Below, one piece after another: positions 63,182 through 64,000 of a stretch of 64,000 nt of DNA (position 1 is the first letter of the stretch; each line of letters begins with the position of its first letter). The position numbers and the translations under genes were made by a program. The stretch covers positions 10,910,352-10,974,351 of the forward strand of contig NC_092678.1 of assembly GCF_964355755.1 (NCBI RefSeq), given 5' to 3'. The DNA comes from Antedon mediterranea (lineage: Eukaryota > Animalia > Echinodermata). The notes below the pieces were generated by a model, which searched no databases, was not told the origin of the DNA, and worked only from the letters and a program-made list of their open reading frames with translations.

Positions 63182-64000
63182 AAATGCGATTTGAAGCTTT
63201 TCCAAGCACTTTGCTGTTTTTATGTTAACAAGTTTTTTCGAAAATCACAAAATGGTCTAAAACGTCTCCAAATGCGATTTGAAGATATTCTGAGCACTTT
63301 GGTGTTTTTATGTTAAAAAGTTTTTTCGAAAATCACAAAATGGTCTAAAACGTCTCCAAATGCGATTTGAAGCTCTTCTGTACACTTTGATGTTTTGTGT
63401 GAAAAAGTTTTGTCAAAATGCTCAAAATGGTCTAAAACGTTTTTAAAACGATATTAAGCTATTTTGTGCTCTTTGATGTCTTTGTATAACCAAGTTTTTT
63501 TAGAAAATCACAAAATGGTCTAAAACGTCTCCAAATGCGATTTGAAGCTTTTCCAAGCACTTTGCTGTTTTTATGTTAACAAGTTTTTTCGAAAATCACA
63601 AAATGGTCTAAAACGTCTCCAAATGCGATTCTAAGATATTCTGAGCACTTTGGTGTTTTTATGTTAAAAAGTTTTTTCGAAAATCACAAAATGGTCTAAA
63701 ACGTCTCCAAATGCGATTTGAAGCTATTCTGTACACTTTGATGTTTTGTGTGAAAAAGTTTTGTCGATGCTCAAAATGGTCTAAAACGTTTTTAAAACGA
63801 TATTAAGCTATTTTGTGCTCTTTGATGTTTTTGTGTAACCAAGTTTCATCGAAATGAACAAAATGGTCTAAAACGTCTCAAAATGCGATTTGAAGGTATT
63901 CTGAGCACTTTGGTGTTTTTGTGTGAAAAGTTTTAACGAAATGCTCAAAATGGTCTAAAACGGTTCTAATGTGCTTTTAAGCACTTTGATGTTTTTGTAT
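63182..64000. repeat. 88-bp satellite with 351-bp (4-mer) higher-order repeat, runs off the window
   Basis: AAATGCGATTTGAAG...CAAAATGGTCTAAAACGTCTCC units start at 63182, 63270, 63358, ~63445, 63533; the variant order recurs from 63533. Confidence 0.95.

Overview
Eukaryotic, very AT-rich, gene-free repeat region (pericentromeric/heterochromatin-like; probably an invertebrate animal, taxon not determinable). About 46 kb is a ~260-bp satellite in two arrays (972-34876, 47058-63181; roughly 170-180 monomers by length). Each monomer carries the layout of an RNA polymerase III gene on the + strand: TATA-like TATAAATA, tRNA-type A box, B box, oligo-T terminator, with a degenerate tRNA-Gln-like core. 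Both arrays follow the same ~1-kb leader holding a divergently oriented tRNA-Ile-like structured element, so leader+array is itself repeated at ~46 kb. Array 1 holds three DNA-transposon insertions (a P-element derivative with a transposase remnant, a MULE-like foldback MITE, a TAG-ended MITE). Between the arrays lies a 10.7-kb Galileo-like foldback element (~900-bp TIRs, 7-bp TSD) containing a non-autonomous Helitron and a frameshifted CR1/L2-group LINE whose ORF2 has a 2A-like motif before the endonuclease. The window ends in an unrelated 88-bp satellite with a 4-mer higher-order repeat. No intact host gene was found. All calls were made by eye, without database searches.
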